From: an uncultured Fibrobacteraceae bacterium
Lineage (GTDB): Bacteria > Krumholzibacteriota > Krumholzibacteriia > LZORAL124-64-63
DNA length: 64,000 bases
Direction: 5' to 3'
Assembly: GCA_964437115.1 (NCBI GenBank)
Contig: CAYTFE010000004.1
Location: 1,942-65,941, forward strand
Shown: piece by piece, positions 28,449-37,301 of the stretch
Position numbering within the stretch: position 1 is the stretch's first letter
How the letters are laid out: each line of letters begins with the position of its first letter
The notes under the pieces: model-generated
Databases searched by the model: none
Seen by the model: only the letters and a program-made list of their open reading frames with translations
Told to the model about the DNA's origin: nothing
Position numbers and translations under genes: made by a program

Positions 28449-30446
28449 TCAGTTAATCAAGTTTCTCTCAATCACCTCTGCAATGTCCAGGACAGTCATG
28501 TTTTCTTCCCTGTCGGTTTCCTTGATCCCATCAGACATCATTGTCAGACAGAATGGACAAGCAGTGCAAACTTCTTTGGCTCCTGTTGCAGCAGCTTCGT
28601 TTGTTCGCTCGTGATTTATCCGTGTTCCAAGATCCTCTTCCATAAACATCCTTGCCCCACCAGCTCCACAACAAAAACCATCTCTGCCTTGGCGAGGCAT
28701 CTCAATCATCGATGCACCTGTAGTGCCTAGCAAATCTCTTGGCGCTGTTTCAACACCGTTGTGTCGAGCCAGATAGCAGGAATCGTGGTAAGTGATACTG
28801 CTTTTGTCGTCACCTTTAACTTTGAGTTTGCCTTCTGAAACCAGTTGATTCAACAACTCAGAGTGATGCAAAACTTCAAGCTGCAAATCAAATTGTCCAT
28901 ACTCATTCAACAACATATGAAAGCAGTGAGGACAAGCTGAAATGACTTTTTTTACATCGTATTTCTGGAGCATCGCAATATTCTGCTGGGCTTGCATTTC
29001 AAACAGATACTCATGACCCATTCTTCTTGCCGGGTCGCCACAACAGGCCTCTTCTGTACCAAGAACTGCAAAGTCAACGCCGGCAATATTCAAAAGTCTG
29101 CAAAGGGATTTAACAACTTCCTGGTTCCTGTCGTCAAAAGCACCCGCACAGCCAACCCACACCAGATATTCAGCACTACCTTTTTCACGAAGTGTTGGCA
29201 CTTCCAGATCACCAATCCAGTCTTCACGCGCCTGTGCAGAAACATTCCATGGATTGGAATTTGTCTCCAGACCTTTCAGAGTAACTGCAAGTTCCGATGG
29301 CATCTTTGCTTCCATCATTGTCAGGTACCTGCGCATATCAACGATATTGGGAATATGCTCTATACCGACAGGACACACAGTCTGGCAATATCCACAAGTG
29401 GTACAGCCCCAGATAACATCTTCACTGATAATGCCACCGGTCAGAGCTTCTCTTTCCATCGATGCAGAAAATTTAGCTGCTTCATCAGTCTTACCCTGAG
29501 CTTTGAGCTGCCCAACTTTTTGCAGTTGGTTATTGATGCTGTATAGATGATCTCGTTGATCACAAATCAGATCTCTGGGTTGAAGTGGCTTGCCGGTAAC
29601 AGTTGTCGGGCAGTGAACTGTACACCTGCCACACTCTGTACAGCTGTACATATCGAGCATCCGTGGCCAGATGAAATCTTCAACCTTCCCTACACCAAAA
29701 ATCTCTTTATCTTCGAATTCCATTCTCTGCAAAACACCTGGAGCTTCAAGACGCATTGTAAAAACGTTGACCAGGGCTGTCAGAACATGAAAGTGCTTGC
29801 CGAAAGGCAGGAAATTTAAAAACACCATTATCAGGATGACATGGATCCAATACATCCAGTTGAACCACACCAGAATTGTTTCAGGATGTGTGTTATGGAA
29901 TATCGATACCAAAGCAGTTGCAGCCCAGGCAAATCCATATTCATGGCTACTTGGGTGCAGTGAAAACAGAGCAGCATCACCAATTAAATCGGTAACCATC
30001 AAAGCCATAATCATTAGCAGAACAACTACTGCTTCACCTGAGAAATGCAATCGTGATGGTCTGGTTATCAACCGACGAACAAGTGCATACAAAAGAGCAA
30101 CAATAACAAGTACTGCAAAACTGTCTTTGAAAAATGCATAAAACTGACCGATGACACCTGGGATATTGAAATCGGTATCAAACCCTTGCCCAAACAAAGT
30201 AATTGTTCTGGTTATTACAACAAGAAAGCCAAGAAATATAACTACGTGCATTGCCCCGGCAGCAGGTTCAAAGAGCAATCTTTGCTGACCAAAGCCTATT
30301 TTAAACAATTGCAGGATTTGCTTCCAGGGACTTGTAATCCTGTTGTCAGGCTCGGCTGCTTTCAATAACCAGAGGCGTTTGCTCATTGTATTTGCAAACA
30401 TCGACAGACCAAAAAACAGCAACAAACTAATCATCACCGGATTCAT
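28449..30446 (-). CDS. Membrane-bound Fe-S oxidoreductase: N-terminal cytochrome-b/NarI-like 5-6 TM domain + 2x[4Fe-4S] + two CCG domains (HdrD/DsrK-like; Etf-associated DUF224-type)
   Basis: 665 aa; CTECGRCTVHCP and CTTCGYCQTVCP ferredoxin motifs; CCG motifs (CAGAFD, CPHCFHML, CCGAGGA, CTACPFC); convergent with etfBA. Confidence 0.8.
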   Translation of the reverse strand: MNPVMISLLLFFGLSMFANTMSKRLWLLKAAEPDNRITSPWKQILQLFKIGFGQQRLLFEPAAGAMHVVIFLGFLVVITRTITLFGQGFDTDFNIPGVIGQFYAFFKDSFAVLVIVALLYALVRRLITRPSRLHFSGEAVVVLLMIMALMVTDLIGDAALFSLHPSSHEYGFAWAATALVSIFHNTHPETILVWFNWMYWIHVILIMVFLNFLPFGKHFHVLTALVNVFTMRLEAPGVLQRMEFEDKEIFGVGKVEDFIWPRMLDMYSCTECGRCTVHCPTTVTGKPLQPRDLICDQRDHLYSINNQLQKVGQLKAQGKTDEAAKFSASMEREALTGGIISEDVIWGCTTCGYCQTVCPVGIEHIPNIVDMRRYLTMMEAKMPSELAVTLKGLETNSNPWNVSAQAREDWIGDLEVPTLREKGSAEYLVWVGCAGAFDDRNQEVVKSLCRLLNIAGVDFAVLGTEEACCGDPARRMGHEYLFEMQAQQNIAMLQKYDVKKVISACPHCFHMLLNEYGQFDLQLEVLHHSELLNQLVSEGKLKVKGDDKSSITYHDSCYLARHNGVETAPRDLLGTTGASMIEMPRQGRDGFCCGAGGARMFMEEDLGTRINHERTNEAAATGAKEVCTACPFCLTMMSDGIKETDREENMTVLDIAEVIERNLIN

Positions 30447-30467
30447 GTAATGTCCTTCCTTGACATC

Positions 30468-30491
30468 TTAAATGAATGACCATTCATTTAA
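30468..30491. promoter_or_regulatory. Perfect 11-2-11 palindrome TTAAATGAATGacCATTCATTTAA (candidate operator) in divergent promoter region
   Basis: Seen directly; lies 22 nt upstream of the Fe-S oxidoreductase start codon, just 5' of its AAGGAAGGA SD. Confidence 0.4.
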
Positions 30492-30635
30492 TTGTAACAC
30501 AGGTAGTACGATAAATGAAAGCCATTATTAAAACTATCCTCCAGATGGTTTCAAGCAAGCAAAATCGATGCCTAACTACTGGACAGAACTGGCATCTATC
30601 AGCTAACATTACACAACTTGAATGGAGAAACTGAA

Positions 30636-31034
30636 ATGAACGATAAACAAATAGCTGAATTGCTCAAATCGAACCCCAGGGTTGCAGTATTAGGCATTTC
30701 AGCCAAACCGGAACGAGCCAGTTTTCACATAGCAGCATTCCTTGTTGAAAAAGGGCTGGAAGTTGTTGGCGTGAACCCTGTTTTGAGTGAAGTTAAAGGC
30801 ATAAAGGTCTACCCGACACTTGCCGATATACCTGGAGATATTGATCTAGTAGATGTATTTCGCAGATCTGATGCAGTTCCAATGATTGTTGATGCCTGTA
30901 TTGCAAAAGGCGTAAGCAACATCTGGCTGCAAGAGGGTATTTCACATCCGGAAGCGGAACAAAAAGCAATTGAAGCAGGTTTGAGTGTAGTCTCTGGCTT
31001 GTGTATTTACAAAGAGTGGCTCAGGCTACTTTAG
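30636..31034 (+). CDS. CoA-binding domain protein (YccU-like)
   Basis: about 130 aa; RVAVLGISAKPERASF...VVGVNP motif of the CoA_binding_2 family; alternative start 30618. Confidence 0.7.
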   Translation: MNDKQIAELLKSNPRVAVLGISAKPERASFHIAAFLVEKGLEVVGVNPVLSEVKGIKVYPTLADIPGDIDLVDVFRRSDAVPMIVDACIAKGVSNIWLQEGISHPEAEQKAIEAGLSVVSGLCIYKEWLRLL

Positions 31035-31046
31035 GATTGGATAGAT

Positions 31047-32015
31047 ATGAAGAAAGTCCTCATTACTGGCTATACCGGATTTGCCGGATCACACCTTGCT
31101 GACCTCCTGCTTGAAACAGGCGGCCATGAAGTTTTTGGTTTGCGCAGGTGGCGCAGCCGAACTGAAAACATTGAACATCTTGATGGCAAAGTCACTGAAG
31201 TTGAAGGCGACATCACCGATGCCGGCAGAATGCAGAAAATTGTATCGGACATTAAACCGGACTTTATTTTTCATCTCGCAGCTCAATCATTTGTGCCAAC
31301 AAGTTGGAAAGAACCTGACACAACACTGACCAACAATATTCGTGGCCAACTCAACTTGCTGGAAGCGATGCGTAGCTCTGGTCACAAATGTCGAATCCAG
31401 ATTGCTGGCAGCAGTGAAGAATATGGTCTTGTTGAATCTGATGAAGTTCCAATAACAGAAGATAATCCCCTACGCCCATTGAGCCCTTACGCAGTGAGTA
31501 AAGTTACTCAGGACATGCTGGCATGGCAGTACTTCAAAAGCTATGGCATTGACGTTGTGCGTACTCGTGGATTCAATCATACAGGCCCCCGCCGTGGCGA
31601 TGTCTTTGTTGTCAGCAATTTTGCAAAACAGGTTGCAATGATTGAAGCTGGATTACAGAAACCAGTTATTCTCACTGGAAACCTGGATGCAACACGCGAC
31701 TTCACCGATGTCCGTGATATGGTCAAAGGCTACCTGCTCTCTCTTGAAAAAGGTGAGCCTGGAGAGGTTTACAACCTGTGTAGCGGTCGAGAAATCAAAA
31801 TCGGCGATATGCTTGATATGCTTATTGAGCTTTCACCTGTTGAAATTGAGCGGAAACTTGACCCGGAAAGAATGCGCCCTTCCGATGTGATGGTGCTTCT
31901 GGGTTCTGCGGCAAAACTCCACTCAGCTACTGGCTGGAAACCTGAAATCGAGTTCACTCAGACTCTAAAAGATCTGCTGGATTACTGGAGAAATCGATTG
32001 GCTGTAAACGCATGA
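31047..32015 (+). CDS. NAD-dependent sugar-nucleotide epimerase/dehydratase, GDP-mannose 4,6-dehydratase / GDP-6-deoxy-4-keto-mannose reductase (Rmd)-like SDR
   Basis: ITGYTGFAGSHL Rossmann, PYAVSK (YxxxK), GNLDATRDFTDVRD motif. Confidence 0.7.
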   Translation: MKKVLITGYTGFAGSHLADLLLETGGHEVFGLRRWRSRTENIEHLDGKVTEVEGDITDAGRMQKIVSDIKPDFIFHLAAQSFVPTSWKEPDTTLTNNIRGQLNLLEAMRSSGHKCRIQIAGSSEEYGLVESDEVPITEDNPLRPLSPYAVSKVTQDMLAWQYFKSYGIDVVRTRGFNHTGPRRGDVFVVSNFAKQVAMIEAGLQKPVILTGNLDATRDFTDVRDMVKGYLLSLEKGEPGEVYNLCSGREIKIGDMLDMLIELSPVEIERKLDPERMRPSDVMVLLGSAAKLHSATGWKPEIEFTQTLKDLLDYWRNRLAVNA

Positions 32016-32938
32016 GCCAAAGGACAACTCTTGTAACTGGAGCTAATGGATTTGTCGGTAAAATTCTTGTCGATGCGCTGAAAAAGCGTGGCGACAAGGT
32101 TATCGGCAGTGGCTGTGGTGATTGTGATATGGAAAACTATTACAACAGCCAAATCCAGACTCCTGGTGCAATTGCAGAAATCATCAACAAGCACAAACCG
32201 GATCTTATCTACCATCTTGCGGCTGTCAGCTCTGCTGCGGAATCGTGGAAAGCCCCCGATGCAACTCTTGAAGTAAATGTTGGTGGTACAGTTCAGCTTC
32301 TTGAAGCAATTGTTGCTCTTCCCAAAAATGAACAACCACTTCTTATTGCTGTTGGCAGTGGTGAAGAATACGGTCCTACTGACATTGCAACACCTATTTC
32401 AGAGCTCACAAAGACAAATCCAGCATCACCCTATGCTGTGAGTAAGTGTTCTGCATCGATGTATTGCATCCAGTATCACAAAGCACATGACTTGCCTGTC
32501 ATTGTAGCCCGACCTTTTGCTCACACTGGTATTGGCCAGGATACAAAATTTGTTTTCCCGTCTTTTGCAAAACAGATTGCAGATATTATTAACGGAAAAA
32601 GCAGTCCGGTGATTAAAGTTGGGAACCTTGAGCCGCTACGGGACTATCTTGATGTGCGTGATGTAATTGATGCCTATCTTCTGCTTGCAGAAAAAGGTGT
32701 TAAGGGTGAGACTTACAATATTGCATCAGGCAGAGAAATAACAATTCAGCAAGGCCTTGATGCAATGCTCAAAGTTGCTGATATTGAAATAAAAGTTGAA
32801 ACAGATCCTGACCGATTTCGCCCTCTGGACTCTCCATGTCTTATTGGCGACAGCACTAAATTGCGAGCTGCAACCGGTTGGGAACCAAAATATGCAATCG
32901 AAAATACTCTGACTGAAATGGTCAAAAAGGAAATGTAA
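32012..32938 (+). CDS. Second Rmd/Gmd-family extended SDR (tandem paralog)
   Basis: VTGANGFVGKIL, PYAVSK, VARPFAHTG, VGNLEPLRDYLDVRD; ATGA overlap with the previous gene. Confidence 0.7.
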   Translation: MSQRTTLVTGANGFVGKILVDALKKRGDKVIGSGCGDCDMENYYNSQIQTPGAIAEIINKHKPDLIYHLAAVSSAAESWKAPDATLEVNVGGTVQLLEAIVALPKNEQPLLIAVGSGEEYGPTDIATPISELTKTNPASPYAVSKCSASMYCIQYHKAHDLPVIVARPFAHTGIGQDTKFVFPSFAKQIADIINGKSSPVIKVGNLEPLRDYLDVRDVIDAYLLLAEKGVKGETYNIASGREITIQQGLDAMLKVADIEIKVETDPDRFRPLDSPCLIGDSTKLRAATGWEPKYAIENTLTEMVKKEM

Positions 32939-34251
32939 TGAGTAAAATTTGTATGGTCGGGACTGGTTATGTTGGACTCGTTTCTGGCGCCTGCCTTGCA
33001 GACTTTGGACACGAAGTCTGGTGTGTTGATATCAATCAAAAACGGATCGATGAATTACATGACGGCATCATGCCAATCTATGAACCAGGACTGGACACTC
33101 TGGTTGAAAAAAATGTCACTGACAAGAGATTACATTTCACCACATCCCTTGCAGACGGAATGAAAGACGCCGACACAGTATTTATTGCGGTACAAACTCC
33201 AATGGCAGACAGCGGTGAAGCTGACTTGAAATTTGTTTTGCAAGTGGCAGGAGAAGTTGGAGCACTTCTTGACGATTACAAAGTTGTCGTCACAAAAAGC
33301 ACAGTACCTGTTGGTACCTCGAAAATGGTTAGAAAAGCTATCAAAGAAAACTTGAAGGGTGACATCGATTTCGACCTGGCAAGCAACCCTGAGTTCTTGC
33401 GCGAAGGATCAAGTATTGAAGATTTCATGCGTCCTGACCGAGTTGTAGTTGGTGTTGACAATGATAGAGCTGCTGAAGTCATGAAAGAGATCTATCGGCC
33501 TCTATACTTGCTGGAAACTCCGATTGTAATCAGCGATATCGAGACAGCCGAACTGATCAAGTATGCTTCAAACGCATTTTTGGCAGTTAAAATTTCATAC
33601 ATCAACGAACTTTCCACACTTGCAGATTCAGTTGGGGCAAACATTTCAATGATTGCCAAAGCGATGGGTCTTGATAAGAGAATCGGCAAAAAATTTCTGC
33701 ATGCTGGCCTGGGTTATGGTGGATCTTGTCTGCCAAAAGATACAAATGCACTGGTACACATTGCTGAAACTGCAGACTGTGACATGAGCATTGTACGCGC
33801 TGCAATTGGTGTAAACGCAGAGCTTCCCCCAAAAGTTATCGCCATGGCAAAGCAATTCCTGCCTGATTTGTCGGGAAAAACTGTGACTCTGCTTGGACTT
33901 AGTTTCAAGCCAAACACTGACGATATCAGAGAAGCACCTAGCCGCAAACTGGTTGCTCTTCTAACTGAAGCTGGCGCAATATTGCAAGTCCACGACCCTG
34001 TTGCAGCTGACAATTTCCAGCTGGAATATCCTGATTTCAAGTACTGTGACAGCGCTTACGACGCAGTAACAGGAAGCGACCTGTGTTTGTTGGTAACCGA
34101 GTGGAATGAGTATCGACAATTGGACATCCCAAAACTTGGCGAACTGATGAATAACAAAGCATTTGTTGACTGCAGAAATGTTTACAATAAATCTATGTTT
34201 GCTAAACATGGATTTGATTATGCCAGCTTTGGCAGACCAGAAAGAGACTAA
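32938..34251 (+). CDS. ugd: UDP-glucose/GDP-mannose dehydrogenase family nucleotide-sugar dehydrogenase
   Basis: 437 aa; MVGTGYVGL N-terminal Rossmann; catalytic GGSCLPKD. Confidence 0.85.
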   Translation: MSKICMVGTGYVGLVSGACLADFGHEVWCVDINQKRIDELHDGIMPIYEPGLDTLVEKNVTDKRLHFTTSLADGMKDADTVFIAVQTPMADSGEADLKFVLQVAGEVGALLDDYKVVVTKSTVPVGTSKMVRKAIKENLKGDIDFDLASNPEFLREGSSIEDFMRPDRVVVGVDNDRAAEVMKEIYRPLYLLETPIVISDIETAELIKYASNAFLAVKISYINELSTLADSVGANISMIAKAMGLDKRIGKKFLHAGLGYGGSCLPKDTNALVHIAETADCDMSIVRAAIGVNAELPPKVIAMAKQFLPDLSGKTVTLLGLSFKPNTDDIREAPSRKLVALLTEAGAILQVHDPVAADNFQLEYPDFKYCDSAYDAVTGSDLCLLVTEWNEYRQLDIPKLGELMNNKAFVDCRNVYNKSMFAKHGFDYASFGRPERD

Positions 34252-35375
34252 TGAGCAACAAAACAGACAACAGAGTAAATAGATATGACCTGGTTTCACC
34301 AATGATGCCTTGTCGTGAAGAGCTGCTTGAAGGCATCGACAGGCTGATCAGAACTGGCAGTTACATTCTGGGTAATGAATGTAAAATGCTGGAAAAAGAG
34401 ATGGCTGAAGCGGTTGAATGTAAAGATGCCATTGGTGTAGCTTCCGGGTCTGCTGCGCTTTATCTTGCCTTGCAACTTTCAGGAGTAGGACCTGGAGTTG
34501 AAGTAATCACCACCCCCTACACTTTTGTTGCAACAATCGAGGCAATTATTCGGCTAGGTGGTACTCCGGTTTTCGTCGACATCAGATATGAAGACCTGAA
34601 CATTGACCACGAACTTATTGAGCAGGCCATAACACCAAATACCAAGGTTATCATGCCTGTTCATATCTTCGGCATGCCTTGTGAGATGGATACCATCACT
34701 GCTATTGCTGAAAAACACGGACTCGATATTATTGAAGACAACTGCCAGGCATTTGGCTCCCTTTACCACGGAAAACCATGTGGTTCGTTCAGCAGAATGT
34801 CAGCGTTGAGCTTCTACCCTACTAAAAATCTCCCCGGAATTGGCGATGGCGGAATGGTCTTCTGCAAGAATCAGGATGACGCTGATCTGATCCGAAAACT
34901 TCGCGGACACCAGGCTGTTCGTATCGACGGAATTCTGAGGTCTGGCTGGAACTCCCGTATAGATGAAATCCAATCGCTTGCAATCAGAATTCGTCTTTCC
35001 AGATTCAAGGATGAACAGACAGATAGAGACCGGGCAGCAAATATTTACAACAATTTGATTCCTGAAGCCAACAGACTGCCTGTTCCATCAAAAGAGAGCG
35101 GCAACAGAGTAACCCATCATCAGTACTGGGTACGTGTTGACAATCGGGACAAACTGGCTCAAACTCTCTCTGATGCCAATGTTGACTTCGGAATTTATTA
35201 CGATCCGGCATTGCATCAGGATGAACTTTCAGAGTACTGTCGAGTTGCCAGCAAGATGACCGAAGCAAAAGCTGCCGGAAGTCAAGTTATGGCAATCCCA
35301 ATTCATCAGGCACTTGCAGACAGCGATGCCCAGCGGATTGGTGAACTCGTTCGTGACCATATCGAGAACGCTTAA
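34251..35375 (+). CDS. DegT/DnrJ/EryC1/StrS-family PLP-dependent sugar aminotransferase
   Basis: 374 aa; SFYPTKNL (PLP lysine) and family-typical N-terminal region. Confidence 0.85.
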   Translation: MSNKTDNRVNRYDLVSPMMPCREELLEGIDRLIRTGSYILGNECKMLEKEMAEAVECKDAIGVASGSAALYLALQLSGVGPGVEVITTPYTFVATIEAIIRLGGTPVFVDIRYEDLNIDHELIEQAITPNTKVIMPVHIFGMPCEMDTITAIAEKHGLDIIEDNCQAFGSLYHGKPCGSFSRMSALSFYPTKNLPGIGDGGMVFCKNQDDADLIRKLRGHQAVRIDGILRSGWNSRIDEIQSLAIRIRLSRFKDEQTDRDRAANIYNNLIPEANRLPVPSKESGNRVTHHQYWVRVDNRDKLAQTLSDANVDFGIYYDPALHQDELSEYCRVASKMTEAKAAGSQVMAIPIHQALADSDAQRIGELVRDHIENA

Positions 35376-35388
35376 CAGGAGCAGTATA

Positions 35389-36387
35389 GTGAAAAGTAAT
35401 GGCACATTTTCAGTTGGGACCCTGGACGGAAGGCTTTCCCGGGCACAGGCACACTATGTGATTAATAAATTACAAGCTGCCCACCCCAAAGCTGTTTATC
35501 AAACTGAAACTATTACTGACCCCACTCTGAACCGGGAAAGCCAGTCTCTGGTATTCAACACCAATACTCCCGATGAACTGAAAATGCTGCAGCGTCAATT
35601 GCTGAAAAAGCGATATGACATGATGGTTATTGCTGCCGATGACATGGTGCATCCGTTGATTGACGGCTTGCAATACGCTTCAGTTCTGGAACGTAATACT
35701 CCATATGATGCGCTCTTGCACAAAGAAGGAAAAAATATCGATGAGCTTGAAAATGAGCGTATCGGTGTTTTGAGTATGCGCAGTCAGGCACAGATCAACA
35801 CTCTGTGGCCTGATTTACGATCGATTTTGATGCGTGGTGGTGCTGCAGAAGCATTGGACAGTTTCCTGCAGGAAGGTGTTGTTGATGGATTGATAATGCC
35901 AGCTGCTGTTGCTGAAAGACTGGACATTCAGGACATGGTTTCAGAAATATTCTACCCCGAAATGATGCTGCCTGGATTCTGTCAGGGTGTGTTGGCAATT
36001 GTTTGCAGAGAAGACGATGAAGAAGTTTACAAGATGGCTCAAGAAATTCATTCAGTTGATACTTATATGGAAATGCAGGCTGAAATGTCTTTCCGTGAAA
36101 GAATCTGCCCAGATCAAAATTGCCCCATTGGTGTAATGGCTCGGGTTGAAGAAGGAATTATTGCAATAACCGGAGTTATTGGAAGTAGAGCTGGAGGCCA
36201 CTTGCAACAAGCTGTCATTGATGGTCCAGTAAATAACGCAAAGGAACTTGGCATTGCAGTAGCTGAAGAATTGCTTACTTCTGGAGAATCTATTGCCGAT
36301 TTATTGGAAGCAGACTTCCCGGACGGGTTGCCTGTTGTCACTGATGACGATGACGATTTTGATGACTTTGATGACGGTAATCTCTAG
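35389..36387 (+). CDS. Porphobilinogen deaminase (HemC)-family protein; as recalled it lacks several residues conserved in HemC; acidic C-terminal tail
   Basis: GTG start with AGGAG SD; LSRAQAHYVINKLQAAHP (cf. HemC LALWQAHYV.DKL...HP), MLPGFCQGVLAIVCRE (cf. LPAVGQGA.GIECR), NCPIG (cofactor Cys loop). TRGD is replaced by TDPT and the GKG/HS.KD region is altered. Tail VVTDDDDDFDDFDDGNL. Confidence 0.6.
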   Translation: MKSNGTFSVGTLDGRLSRAQAHYVINKLQAAHPKAVYQTETITDPTLNRESQSLVFNTNTPDELKMLQRQLLKKRYDMMVIAADDMVHPLIDGLQYASVLERNTPYDALLHKEGKNIDELENERIGVLSMRSQAQINTLWPDLRSILMRGGAAEALDSFLQEGVVDGLIMPAAVAERLDIQDMVSEIFYPEMMLPGFCQGVLAIVCREDDEEVYKMAQEIHSVDTYMEMQAEMSFRERICPDQNCPIGVMARVEEGIIAITGVIGSRAGGHLQQAVIDGPVNNAKELGIAVAEELLTSGESIADLLEADFPDGLPVVTDDDDDFDDFDDGNL

Positions 36388-37301
36388 CTGAAGAGATCCC
36401 TGTTAATTTTAGAGACTGTAAAAGGATCGCGCATCATTGCGGTTCCAATCTGCACAGCAACTGCCCCGACGGAAAAAAACTTCAACACATCTTCAGTGCT
36501 ACTCGCCCCACCAACAGCCACAACGGGTATACCTGTCTGTTGAACAATTTCATCTACTTTTGAAAGAGCAACTGGCAACAAAGCTGGTCCTGAATATCCG
36601 CCTCTGATTCTTGGCAGCACAGGTTTTCCATTACGCAGATTTATATCCATTCCGATAAGAGTATTGATTGCTGTAATTGCATCGGCACCACCATCGGCTG
36701 CCGCTTGAGCAAGAGGTGCGATTGAAGCTGAATTGGGAGTTAGCTTGGCAAGAACTGCTCTGTCGGAAGTTGCTTTACGAGCTGCAGAAACACACGCCTC
36801 AATTGTGTCAGTATTACGACCAAAGTCTACACCGCCGTGAGCAACATTAGGACAACTCAAGTTCAACTCAATTCCATGCCAGTTATCAAATCGGCTGGCA
36901 GCTTTATGAAGTGCAGCAGCCATAGTCCCAAATTCTTCAGGTTCAGTACCTGCAATACTGGCAATAAATGGGGTGTTATTTTCTGCAAGTTCAGGCACAA
37001 CTTCAGCAATGAAATTTTCAAGCCCCGGATTTTCCAAGCCAATAGAATTCAGTGCACCGCTACCACAATCCCAAACTCTGGGCGGTGGATTACCAAGTCG
37101 TGGTGAAAGCGTAATTGTTTTGGTTACCACACAGCCAATACCTTGAAACGGAGAAGTAAAATCGGGTGATAGTATATCCTGCCCATAAGTTCCATGACCA
37201 AAACAACCGGATGCAGTCCAAATTCTGCCAGGCAATTGACGACCACCAATAATCAGCGGTTTTTGCAATGACTCATCAAGCCACTCTGGCCACTTGCTCA
37301 T
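36384..37301 (-). CDS. pyrD: Dihydroorotate dehydrogenase catalytic subunit (class 1B)
   Basis: 305 aa; typical PyrD 1B motifs (IGHGTYGQ-like N-terminal region, catalytic Cys region NLSCPNV). Confidence 0.9.
   Translation of the reverse strand: MSKWPEWLDESLQKPLIIGGRQLPGRIWTASGCFGHGTYGQDILSPDFTSPFQGIGCVVTKTITLSPRLGNPPPRVWDCGSGALNSIGLENPGLENFIAEVVPELAENNTPFIASIAGTEPEEFGTMAAALHKAASRFDNWHGIELNLSCPNVAHGGVDFGRNTDTIEACVSAARKATSDRAVLAKLTPNSASIAPLAQAAADGGADAITAINTLIGMDINLRNGKPVLPRIRGGYSGPALLPVALSKVDEIVQQTGIPVVAVGGASSTEDVLKFFSVGAVAVQIGTAMMRDPFTVSKINRDLFS

Noticed and set aside
28992-29546. Numerous 60-180 aa ORFs on the strand opposite large genes (e.g. 28992-29546, 2448-3068, 8910-9446, 33714-34040, 59380-59673)
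   Set aside because: Antisense to genes with strong family signatures; low-complexity or stop-free by chance.
35314-36387. ATG start at 35314 for the HemC-like gene
   Set aside because: It would overlap the aminotransferase by 60 nt. A GTG at 35389 has an AGGAG SD and the homology begins right after it.
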